Assembly: GCA_965116355.1 (NCBI GenBank)
Contig: OZ220679.1
Location: 1,204,752-1,268,751, forward strand
Source of the DNA: Dehalococcoidia bacterium
GTDB taxonomy: Bacteria > Chloroflexota > Dehalococcoidia > Lucifugimonadales > UBA1127
DNA length: 64,000 nt
Reading direction: 5' to 3'
The position numbers and the translations under genes are program-made. Shown one piece after another: positions 56,247 through 64,000 of this stretch. Numbering within the stretch: the first letter of the stretch is position 1; every line of letters begins with the position of its first letter. The notes under the pieces are model-generated. The model had not been told where the DNA came from. It did not search any database and saw only the letters and a program-made list of their open reading frames with translations.

Positions 56247-57032
56247 ATGGACCTGCAAATGGACCCAAGCGTTGCCGCAGGCTACACGAGCCTCAGTCAA
56301 GTGGCCCGCAAGGTCACCGGAGACTGGGCAGCCCGCAACCTCTTTTGCCCTGCGTGTGAGTGGAACAGCCTCAACCAAACTCCCTCTGACTCCACTAGGC
56401 TGGACTTCCTCTGTCCTGAGTGCAGCGCATCGTTTCGGTTGAGAGGCAAGAGCGGGGCGTTTGGCCGCGTTGTCCCGAACTCCGCATACCAGCCTAAAGT
56501 CGACGCTATTCTGAGAGGTGAAAGCCCACACTACGCCTTTCTGCGCTACAGCCGCACCAACTGGACAGTGAGCGATCTTTTCTTGGTGCCCGGCTTCTTC
56601 TTCACCCCCGCCCTCATCCAGGAGCGACGCCCGCTCAAGCCAACCGCAAAGCGGGCAGGCTGGGTAGGATCAAACATCCTGCTTGGCGCGCTTCCCGCCG
56701 AGGCGCGTGTCCCTGTCGTAGTTTCCGGCTTGGTTCGTGACATCACCGAGGTCCGCGACGATTGGGCTCGCTTCCGCTTCCTGCAGACAGACGAGCGGGC
56801 ACACGGCGGATGGGGAGCTGCTGTGCTCTCTTGCGTCCGCGATATGGTGCGAATCTCCAGACAGCAAGAGTTCACGCTCCAGGACTATTACACGCTCTAC
56901 ACGGACGTGCTCTCAGCCCAATTCCCGGACAACCACCACGTCCAGGACAAGATCCGGCAGCAACTGCAAATGCTGCGTGACGCGGGAATCCTGACCTTCC
57001 TCGGCAATGGCCGTTATGAGGTCATCGACTAG
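56247..57032 (+). CDS. DpnI-family protein (G-m6A-TC binding) with degenerate catalytic site
   Basis: Y.S.SQ.AR, CPAC...CPEC zinc site, PTAKRAGWVGSNI, winged helix NHHVQDKIRQQLQMLRD.G...F.GNGRY. Confidence 0.88.
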   Translation: MDLQMDPSVAAGYTSLSQVARKVTGDWAARNLFCPACEWNSLNQTPSDSTRLDFLCPECSASFRLRGKSGAFGRVVPNSAYQPKVDAILRGESPHYAFLRYSRTNWTVSDLFLVPGFFFTPALIQERRPLKPTAKRAGWVGSNILLGALPAEARVPVVVSGLVRDITEVRDDWARFRFLQTDERAHGGWGAAVLSCVRDMVRISRQQEFTLQDYYTLYTDVLSAQFPDNHHVQDKIRQQLQMLRDAGILTFLGNGRYEVID

Positions 57033-57099
57033 CAGCCCCCACCCCCCGCCGCGTGCTATACTCCCCCGCAAACACCCCCACCACAGAAGGAGCCACGCC

Positions 57100-57882
57100 A
57101 TGGACTACGGCCTCAAGAACCGCGTCGCGCTCGTCACCGGCGGCAGTGAGGGCATCGGCAAGGCCACCGCCGGCCTCCTCGCCGGCGAGGGCGCCCGCGT
57201 CGCCATCTGCGCCCGCCGCCCCGACGTCCTCCAGGCCGCCGCCGAGGACATCCGCCGCGACACCGAGGCCGAGGTCCTCGCCGTCCCCACCGACCTCCGC
57301 GACGCCGCGCAGGTCGACAACCTCATCGCCACCATCAACGACACTTGGGGCGGCGTCGACGTCCTCGTCAACAACGCCGGCGTCTCCTCCGCCATGCCCT
57401 TCGAGCAGCTCACCGACGACGCCCTCCTCGCCGACATGGAGCTCAAGCTCTTCGGCTGGTTGCGCACCATCCGCGGGGTGCTGCCATACATGAAAGAGCA
57501 GCGGTGGGGCCGCATCATCAACCTCACGGCCCTGGCCGCCAAGGCCCCCGGCGCCAACTCCTACCCGTCCTCCGTCAGCCGCGCCGCCGGCGTTGCCCTC
57601 ACCAAGGCCCTCTCGAAGGAGCTCGCCCCCCACAACATCCTCGTCAACACCGTCCTCATCGGCCTCATCAAGGCCGGCCAGCACGAGCACCGCTGGGAGG
57701 CCAACCCGGGCGGCCAGACCCTCGAGGAGCGCTACGCAGAGATGGGCAAAAACGTCCCCCTCGGCCGCGTCGGCGAGTCCGAGGAGGCCGCCAACCTCAT
57801 CACCTTCCTCGCCTCGGAGCGCGCCAGCTTCATCACCGGCGTCGCCATCAACATGGACGGCGGCGTCAGCCCCGTCGTCTAG
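57100..57882 (+). CDS. Short-chain dehydrogenase/reductase
   Basis: TGGSEGIG, NNAG, PLGRVG, ASFITG...DGG; the YxxxK position reads S..SR (atypical). Confidence 0.88.
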   Translation: MDYGLKNRVALVTGGSEGIGKATAGLLAGEGARVAICARRPDVLQAAAEDIRRDTEAEVLAVPTDLRDAAQVDNLIATINDTWGGVDVLVNNAGVSSAMPFEQLTDDALLADMELKLFGWLRTIRGVLPYMKEQRWGRIINLTALAAKAPGANSYPSSVSRAAGVALTKALSKELAPHNILVNTVLIGLIKAGQHEHRWEANPGGQTLEERYAEMGKNVPLGRVGESEEAANLITFLASERASFITGVAINMDGGVSPVV

Positions 57883-57896
57883 CCTTCGTCCATGGA

Positions 57897-58237
57897 ACCC
57901 CTTCCCCCGCTCGCGGGGGAAGGTTGGGATGGGGGGTCCCGCCTCCGTTCACCCCGCGCCACCCTCCCCCGCTATGCCGGCGAAAGCCTCGCTGCGGGGG
58001 GCAGCGGTCGGCATCCAGGGCCTCCGTAGGGGCGGCCCTTGTGGCCGCCCGCCGCAGCCGGAAGCCGTTCGCCCTGAGGGAAATCGAAGGGTGAACGGGG
58101 GCGCCTCAGCGCCCCCCACCCCCTGCCACCACCCCCTCGCGCACTCTCCAACCGCCCCCTACCCTCCCCCCATGCAGCACGAACACGCCGCCCCCGACAA
58201 CCCCCCGTCCCGTCGTTCCCGCGCAGGCGGGAACCCA
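57897..58237. repeat. REP-like cluster (families D, B, C, A)
   Basis: CCCTTCCCCCGCTCGCGGGGGAAGG; GTAGGGGCGGCCCTTGTGGCCGCCC; CCGTTCGCCCTGAGGGAAATCGAAGGG; GTCGTTCCCGCGCAGGCGGGAACCCA. Confidence 0.8.
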
Positions 58238-58280
58238 CGCCGCCCGCCCGCCCGCCGTCGGTCCACCGCCGCTGCCGGCC

Positions 58281-58902
58281 CCCATAGCCCGGACAGCCGT
58301 TCCCAGTCGTTATCGGAAGTCGACTCCGTATCTGGACGAGTCGTTTCCAGCTACGGATCCCCCGGCGAGTCGAATTTTTTTCGCGCTGGAACGACTCCGC
58401 AGCGCGTATCTGGCGACACGCCAAATCATAGGGAAAGGAAACGACGCAAAGAGCGGGAAAATGCTATCTACAACAAGCCGTTGCACTGCCCCTTCCCCTT
58501 CCCCGCCCCGTCGTTCCCGCGCAGAGCCTGCCCCGTACTCCGATACGGGGCGGGAACCCACGCGCCCCCTCCGCAGCGGCGACTCGCGAGTCGCCCGCCG
58601 ACGGCCCACCGCCGCCGCCGTCCCCCATAGCCCGGACAGCCGTTCCAGTCGTTATCGGAAGTCGACTCCGTATCTGGACGAGTCGTTTCCAGCTACGGAT
58701 CCCCCGGCGAGTCGAATTTTTTTCGCGCTGGCACGACTCCGCGCCGCGTATCTGGCGACACAGCAAATCGTAGGGAGAGGAAACGACGCAAAGAGCGGGA
58801 AAATGCTATCTACAACAAGCCGTTGCACTGCCCCTTCCCCTTCCCCGCCCCGTCGTTCCCGCGACGAGCCTGCCCCGTACTCCGATACGGGGCGGGAACC
58901 CA
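58281..58902. repeat. Tandem direct repeat, ~342-bp period (58281-58560 and 58624-58902)
   Basis: Two near-identical ~280-bp copies, each ending in a family B REP. Confidence 0.9.
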
Positions 58903-58938
58903 TGGCCGTCCCACACCCCCTCCCCCGCGTCGAAATCT

Positions 58939-58954
58939 GTAACACTCCTGAAAC
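58939..58954 (+). promoter_or_regulatory. GlnR-type box upstream of glnA
   Basis: GTAAC-N6-GAAAC matches the actinobacterial GlnR consensus gTnAc-n6-GaAAc. Confidence 0.6.
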
Positions 58955-59132
58955 ACATAGCCCTTTCCGCCGCGCTACCCTGAATGCAACGTGAGCGGCA
59001 CGCCGTCTCCCTGTGGCCGGCAGGCCCCAGGGTGGCCGCCCGGCCACTGCAATGGTCGACCGGCCATGCAAGTGGCCAACCGGCCGATGAAGTGGCCGGC
59101 CGCAACGGCAATACCAGCGCAAGGAGCACATC

Positions 59133-60578
59133 ATGGCATATGAGCGCCCCAGGAACCCGGATGAGGTCCTCAAGCTGATCAAGGACACCGGCGCGGAGGT
59201 CGTCGACCTGCGCTTCTGCGACATGCCCGGTACCTGGCAGCACTTCACCCTCCCCCTCTCCGAGGTCGACGAGAAGCTCTTCACAGACGGCAGCGGTTTC
59301 GACGGGTCCTCCGTCCGCGGCTTCCAGGCCATCGACGAGAGCGACATGCTCTTCGTCGCCGACGCCACCACCGCCTTCCTCGACCCCTTCTACCAGGTTC
59401 CCACCGTCAGCATCCTCGCCGACGTCGTTGACCCCATGACCAGCCAGACCTACTCCCGCGACCCCCGCAACATCGCCAAGAAGGCTGAGGCCATCCTTGG
59501 CGCCCTTGGCATCGGCGACACCAGCTTCTGGGGGCCGGAGCCGGAGTTCTTCATCTTCGACTCCATCCGCATGGACCAGAACGCCTACAGCGGCTACTAC
59601 TTCATTGACTCCGACGAGGGCGCCTGGAACAGCGGCGCCGAGTTCTCCGTCGACGGCGACCGCAACCTCGGCTACCGGGTGCGTCACAAGGAAGGCTATG
59701 CCCCCGTCCCGCCGAACGACTCCCTGCAGGACATCCGCACGGAGATGATGCTCCACATCGAACGCGCCGGCATCCGCGTCGAGAAGCACCACCACGAGGT
59801 TGCCACCGCCGGCCAGGGCGAGATCAGCATGCGCTTCGACACCCTTGTCCGCATGGCTGACAACGTCATGGTCTACAAGTACATGGTCAAGAACACCGCC
59901 CGCCAGCACGGCAAGATCGCCACCTTCATGCCCAAGCCCCTCTTCGGCGACAACGGCACCGGCATGCACGTCCACCAGAGCGTCTGGAAGGACGGCGTCA
60001 ACCTCTTCTACGGCGACACCGGCTATGCCAACCTCTCGCCCACCGGCCTGCACTACATCGGCGGCCTGCTGAAGCACGCCCCGGCGCTGCTGGCCTTCTG
60101 CGCCCCCACCACCAACTCCTACCGGCGCCTGGTCCCCGGCTTTGAGGCTCCCGTCAACCTCGCCCTCTCCATGCGCAACCGCAGCGCCTCCGCCCGTATC
60201 CCCGCCTACTTCCCGCACCCGGCCGCCAAGCGCGTCGAGTTCCGCTGCCCGGACCCGTCGGCCAACCCCTACCTCGCCTTCGCCGCCATGCTCATGGCCG
60301 GCATCGACGGCATCATCAACGAGACCGACCCCGGCGAGCCCCTCGACACCAACATCTACGAGCTCACGCCGGAACAGGCCGCCAAGGTTCCCCAGGTTCC
60401 CGGCAGCCTGGAGGAGTCTCTCAAGGCGCTTGAAGAGGACCACGAGTTCCTCCTCCGCGGCGACGTCTTCACGCCGGACGTCATCTCCACGTGGCTCGAC
60501 TACAAGAAGGAGCGCGAGCTCGATCCGATGCGCCTGCGCCCCCACCCCTACGAGTACTACATGTACGTGGACGTGTAG
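59133..60578 (+). CDS. glnA: Glutamine synthetase type I (beta, with adenylylation motif)
   Basis: FDGSS, HHEVATAGQ.EI, TFMPKP..GDNGTGMH, NRSASARIP, NIYEL. Confidence 0.95.
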   Translation: MAYERPRNPDEVLKLIKDTGAEVVDLRFCDMPGTWQHFTLPLSEVDEKLFTDGSGFDGSSVRGFQAIDESDMLFVADATTAFLDPFYQVPTVSILADVVDPMTSQTYSRDPRNIAKKAEAILGALGIGDTSFWGPEPEFFIFDSIRMDQNAYSGYYFIDSDEGAWNSGAEFSVDGDRNLGYRVRHKEGYAPVPPNDSLQDIRTEMMLHIERAGIRVEKHHHEVATAGQGEISMRFDTLVRMADNVMVYKYMVKNTARQHGKIATFMPKPLFGDNGTGMHVHQSVWKDGVNLFYGDTGYANLSPTGLHYIGGLLKHAPALLAFCAPTTNSYRRLVPGFEAPVNLALSMRNRSASARIPAYFPHPAAKRVEFRCPDPSANPYLAFAAMLMAGIDGIINETDPGEPLDTNIYELTPEQAAKVPQVPGSLEESLKALEEDHEFLLRGDVFTPDVISTWLDYKKERELDPMRLRPHPYEYYMYVDV

Positions 60579-60595
60579 GCGATTGCCCGAGACCA

Positions 60596-60630
60596 ATGAG
60601 GGGCGCTTCCGGGCAGGGGGCGCCCCTCAT
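60596..60630 (+). terminator. Hairpin between the two glnA genes
   Basis: ATGAGGGGCGC / GCGCCCCTCAT stem, weak U-tract. Confidence 0.5.
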
Positions 60631-60653
60631 GTCTTCATCTTGGAGCGGACGCT

Positions 60654-61994
60654 ATGAACCTGGACCGCCAGAGTGAGGCCATAGACTTCGTCCTCCACAG
60701 CGCCATGGAGGAGGACGTCAAGTTCATACGGCTCTGGTTCTCGGACATCCTCGGCAACGTGAAGGGCATCGCCATCACGGTGGAGGAGTTGGAGGACGCC
60801 CTCATCCGCGGCGTCACCGTTGACGGCTCGTCCATCCAGGGCTTCGCCCGGGACACGGAGTGGGACATGGTCCTGCTGCCGGACCCCACCACCTTCCGCA
60901 TCCTGCCGTGGCGGCCCCGCCAGAACGCCGTGGCCCGCATGTTCTGCGACATCATGACGCCCCAGCACACCCCCTTCGACGGCGACCCGCGCAACGTCCT
61001 CAGGCAGAGCGTCCAGGAGGCCAGCCGCCTCGGCCTGCAGTTCTACGTCGGCCCCGACATCGAGTTCTTCTACTTCCGCAGCCCCGAGGACCCCACCCCC
61101 CTCGACCGCGGCGGCTACTTCGACCAGACGCCCGGCGACGTCGCCACCGACCTCCGGCGCGAGACCGTCCTCAACCTCAGCGAGATCGGCATCCCCGTCA
61201 AGTCGTCGCACCACGAGGCCGCGCCCGGCCAGCACGAGGTCGACCTTCTCCACACGGACGCCCTCACCATGGCCGACAACGTCATGACCGCCCGCCTCGT
61301 CATCAAGGAGGTCGCCCTCAGCCACGGCCTCTACGCCACCTTCATGCCCAAGCCCATCGGCACAGTGAACGGCTCCGGCATGCACGTCCACATGTCCCTC
61401 TTCCGCGGCGGCGAGAACGCCTTCTATGACCCGGACGACCCCATCAAGTTCTCCCGGCTGGCGCGCCAGTTCATGGCCGGGCTCCTGCGGCACGCGCCGG
61501 AGATCTGCATCGTCACCAACCAGTGGGTGAACTCCTACAAACGCCTGGTGGCCGGCTATGAGGCGCCCGTCTACGTCTCCTGGGCCAGCCTCAACAGCGC
61601 CGACCTGGTCCGCGTGCCCTCCTTCAAGCAGGGCCGGGAGGAGTCCGTCCGGCTGGAGTACCGCGCCCCGGACCCCGCCTGCAACCCCTACCTCGCCTTC
61701 TCAGCCCTCCTGACCGCCGGTCTCATGGGCATCCGCGGCGAGTACGACCTGCCCCCGCAGGTGGAGAGCAACGTCTTCGAGATGTCCGAGCGGGAGCGCG
61801 CCGAGCGCGGCATCCAGTCCCTGCCCGGTAGCCTCCTCGAGGCCATCCACCGCGCGGAGGAGAGCGAGTGCCTGCGCCTCGCCCTCGGCGACCGCGTGGT
61901 CGACACGCTGCTCACCAACAAGCGCATCGAGTGGGAGCGCTACCACACTCACGTCACGGACTACGAGATCCGCGAGTACCTGCCGCAGCTCTAG
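60654..61994 (+). CDS. Glutamine synthetase-family protein (GSI-alpha/GlnA2-like)
   Basis: DGSSIQGF, HHEAAPGQHE, TFMPKP, NSYKRLV.GYEAP, EYRAPDPACNPY. Confidence 0.9.
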   Translation: MNLDRQSEAIDFVLHSAMEEDVKFIRLWFSDILGNVKGIAITVEELEDALIRGVTVDGSSIQGFARDTEWDMVLLPDPTTFRILPWRPRQNAVARMFCDIMTPQHTPFDGDPRNVLRQSVQEASRLGLQFYVGPDIEFFYFRSPEDPTPLDRGGYFDQTPGDVATDLRRETVLNLSEIGIPVKSSHHEAAPGQHEVDLLHTDALTMADNVMTARLVIKEVALSHGLYATFMPKPIGTVNGSGMHVHMSLFRGGENAFYDPDDPIKFSRLARQFMAGLLRHAPEICIVTNQWVNSYKRLVAGYEAPVYVSWASLNSADLVRVPSFKQGREESVRLEYRAPDPACNPYLAFSALLTAGLMGIRGEYDLPPQVESNVFEMSERERAERGIQSLPGSLLEAIHRAEESECLRLALGDRVVDTLLTNKRIEWERYHTHVTDYEIREYLPQL

Positions 61995-62191
61995 CCGCCG
62001 CATCCTGGCCCCGGAGGCCCCTCGCGCCGTCTATGGGTCCTTTTGCCCTGTTTCTGCGTGGTCTACAACCGTTGCATTTTGTATAGTAATGGGGCGGTCT
62101 GTAAGTGGCTTTGCGGCCCGCTCGCACGCCGCCGGGTCCCCAGTACGCAGGCGAGCCACAGTCGCTGCAGCACGGCGAAAGGAAGGGTCAG

Positions 62192-63127
62192 GTGCGGAAC
62201 CGCTGGGTCATTTTCATTCGGGTGATCATCTCAGACTTCTTCTCCAATAACTGCCCGTACATGGCCGCCGGCATTGCGTACTGGACGCTGTTCTCCGTCT
62301 TTCCGCTCTCGCTTGCGGGGGTGTCCCTCCTCGGCTACGCCAACCCCACGTCGGAGCAGCAGGAGCAGATGGTGGAACGGATCATAGAGCAGATACCCGT
62401 CTCCGCCGACTACGTCCTGGACCTCGTCGAGCGCGTGGCCGAAGCCCGCGGAGCCCTCAGCGTTGTGGCCGTCGGCGGCCTGCTCGTTTCCGGCAGCGCC
62501 GTCTTCGCCGCCATCCGCAAGGGCATCAACCATGCCTGGCACGTCACCCGCCCGCACCCCTTCTTCATCGGACGCGGCATTGACCTGCTCATGCTCGTGT
62601 TCGTGGGCCTGCTGGCCCTCATTGCGGCCACCAACTTCATCGGCATCATCGCCACCGGCGCGTCCAACATCTGGTTCGTCGGCGAGCCCCTCGTCAACTT
62701 CGGCTTCGACATGGCCCTCGTGGTGGCGTCATTCGTCATCCTCGCCATCCTCTACCGCTACGTGCCCTACACGGAGGTCGAGTGGCGAGACGTCTGGCTG
62801 GGGGCGCTGCTGGGAGCGCTGATGGCCTACTTCGTACGGCTGGCCTTCAGCGGCTTCCTGATCAACGTCAACGAGTTCAACCTGGTGTACGGATCGCTGG
62901 GCGCGCTGATGGCCCTGCTCGTCTGGGTGTACCTCTCGGCGTTGTCGCTTGTTCTCGGCGCGGAGGTGTCCTACATCTACAGCCGCGCCTTCGGCTCCCG
63001 GCGCGCGATGAACTCCTTCACCGTGCTCCAGGCCCGCTACGGCCTGAGCCACAGCCTCCTGAGCCAGCGAGGCTTCGTCGGCCTGCTGGAGAACTGGATC
63101 CTCCCCAACCGCCGCGGCCAACGCTAG
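62192..63127 (+). CDS. YihY/virulence factor BrkB-family membrane protein
   Basis: AAGIAYWTLFSVFP, LYRYVP, YGSLGALMALLVWVY...LGAE. Confidence 0.9.
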   Translation: MRNRWVIFIRVIISDFFSNNCPYMAAGIAYWTLFSVFPLSLAGVSLLGYANPTSEQQEQMVERIIEQIPVSADYVLDLVERVAEARGALSVVAVGGLLVSGSAVFAAIRKGINHAWHVTRPHPFFIGRGIDLLMLVFVGLLALIAATNFIGIIATGASNIWFVGEPLVNFGFDMALVVASFVILAILYRYVPYTEVEWRDVWLGALLGALMAYFVRLAFSGFLINVNEFNLVYGSLGALMALLVWVYLSALSLVLGAEVSYIYSRAFGSRRAMNSFTVLQARYGLSHSLLSQRGFVGLLENWILPNRRGQR

Positions 63128-63569
63128 GGGTAGGACACGGATGGGCGAGCCCTGACATCAAATAGTTGAGACTGTAGGAAAGGCACAGGCATGACTCGCA
63201 ACAGCGTGGAAAAAGCAGAGATGGGCAAGCTAACCTCATCATGGGGCATGGCCTGGAAGAAACTGGCACGGCTGCAAACATCGCGGAAGACCTGCTCCGA
63301 GGCGGGCGGGTAGGCGACGATGAGGCTGAGGCTCTCTATCACCTCATTTCCTTGCACCGACTTGTCGCCGGGCAACCGTGTCCTGACGAATCCCTTTCTC
63401 AGGGCGTTTCTCCGCATCCGTTGAAATGGGCGACTGTAGGCCTAGATCCGTACTGTTGGAAAATGTCGTAGGCTTGGCTACATCCGAGCAGGCGGCCGTG
63501 ATTTGGCCGAAGCAATCGCTTCGTTAAACGAACTAGGGTACATGTGCGACCTTGTCATGGTCGATGCTC

Positions 63570-63735
63570 TACCAGACCCCTTGGTGAGCAGCCCGCCCAT
63601 CAGCGAGAGCGTCAGGCGGTTCCTTTGATTGCGCCCCCTTTGAATTTGTCGGACTGCAATCCAAGTGAATCCGCTATCTCCACATTCCTGAGGCCCTCTG
63701 GGATGCGTTACTCAAGTAGCCGCAGGATGGCGATT
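63570..63735 (-). pseudogene. Disrupted winged-helix/HTH gene fragment
   Basis: EIAILRLLE*..PEGLRNVEIADSLGLQSD, then after frameshifts NQRNRLTLSLMGGLLTKG; internal stop and indels. Confidence 0.35.
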
Positions 63736-64000
63736 TCTCCATTGTCCCGCGCCCCTCTTCCAAGCCATGCGCAGCGCTGATTACAGGACCTTTGCCGCTG
63801 CGTATCGGTGGACCCGGCTGCGGTGCAACGCTGTTTGGGAGTCCGCGTCCTGTATGACCAATCGCTGGCTGTCTGAGTGACTGGCAGCCCGCCCAGTCAG
63901 CAGTGCGTCGTGGAAGTCCAAGGTGAAGTGCGGGCTCGGTGGATGAAGCTAGGGAGTACGCGCGAGTGCAAGCAGTGCCGGACGTATGCCTCGCGTTGCC

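Noticed and set aside
57593-58994. ORFs within the repeat region (345 aa, 177 aa and others)
   Set aside because: Translations of REP and tandem-repeat sequence, with no RBS or codon bias.
59033-59103. Possible mini-CRISPR
   Set aside because: The 20-bp period is far too short and there are no spacers; treated as a regulatory array.
58806-60596. 596-aa minus-strand ORF
   Set aside because: Antisense shadow of glnA.

Overview
High-GC bacterial chromosome segment. The gene content (luciferase-like monooxygenase, HsaA-type hydroxylase, SDRs, EF-G2, tandem glnA, Dehalococcoidia-style hypothetical proteins) suggests Chloroflexota/Dehalococcoidia, SAR202-like; this assignment is inference. Most of the window is housekeeping and catabolic: tRNA-Leu, tRNA-Lys, mutY, cysC-sat, lspA-rluD-dnaG-rpoD, pheST, moeA, tatD, hpf, comF, galU and two glnA genes. 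Small lower-GC toxin-antitoxin-like cassettes and at least four families of REP-like palindromic repeats are interspersed. Main candidates: (1) a GATC-centred module at 54.3-57.0 kb, with six GATC sites in 77 bp upstream of a DpnA-like m6A methyltransferase carrying a C13 frameshift tract, a putative PD-(D/E)xK endonuclease, and a DpnI homologue whose catalytic E-x-K is replaced while its m6A-reading motifs are kept; (2) an orphan phage portal gene plus a scaffold-like gene embedded among core genes with no integrase, possibly a domesticated, split GTA-like capsid system; (3) a GlnR-type box and an exactly 20-bp-periodic palindrome array in the glnA leader; (4) a REP element inserted in frame inside rluD, and hairpins nested inside REPs. 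All product calls come from motif recognition by eye; no searches were run.
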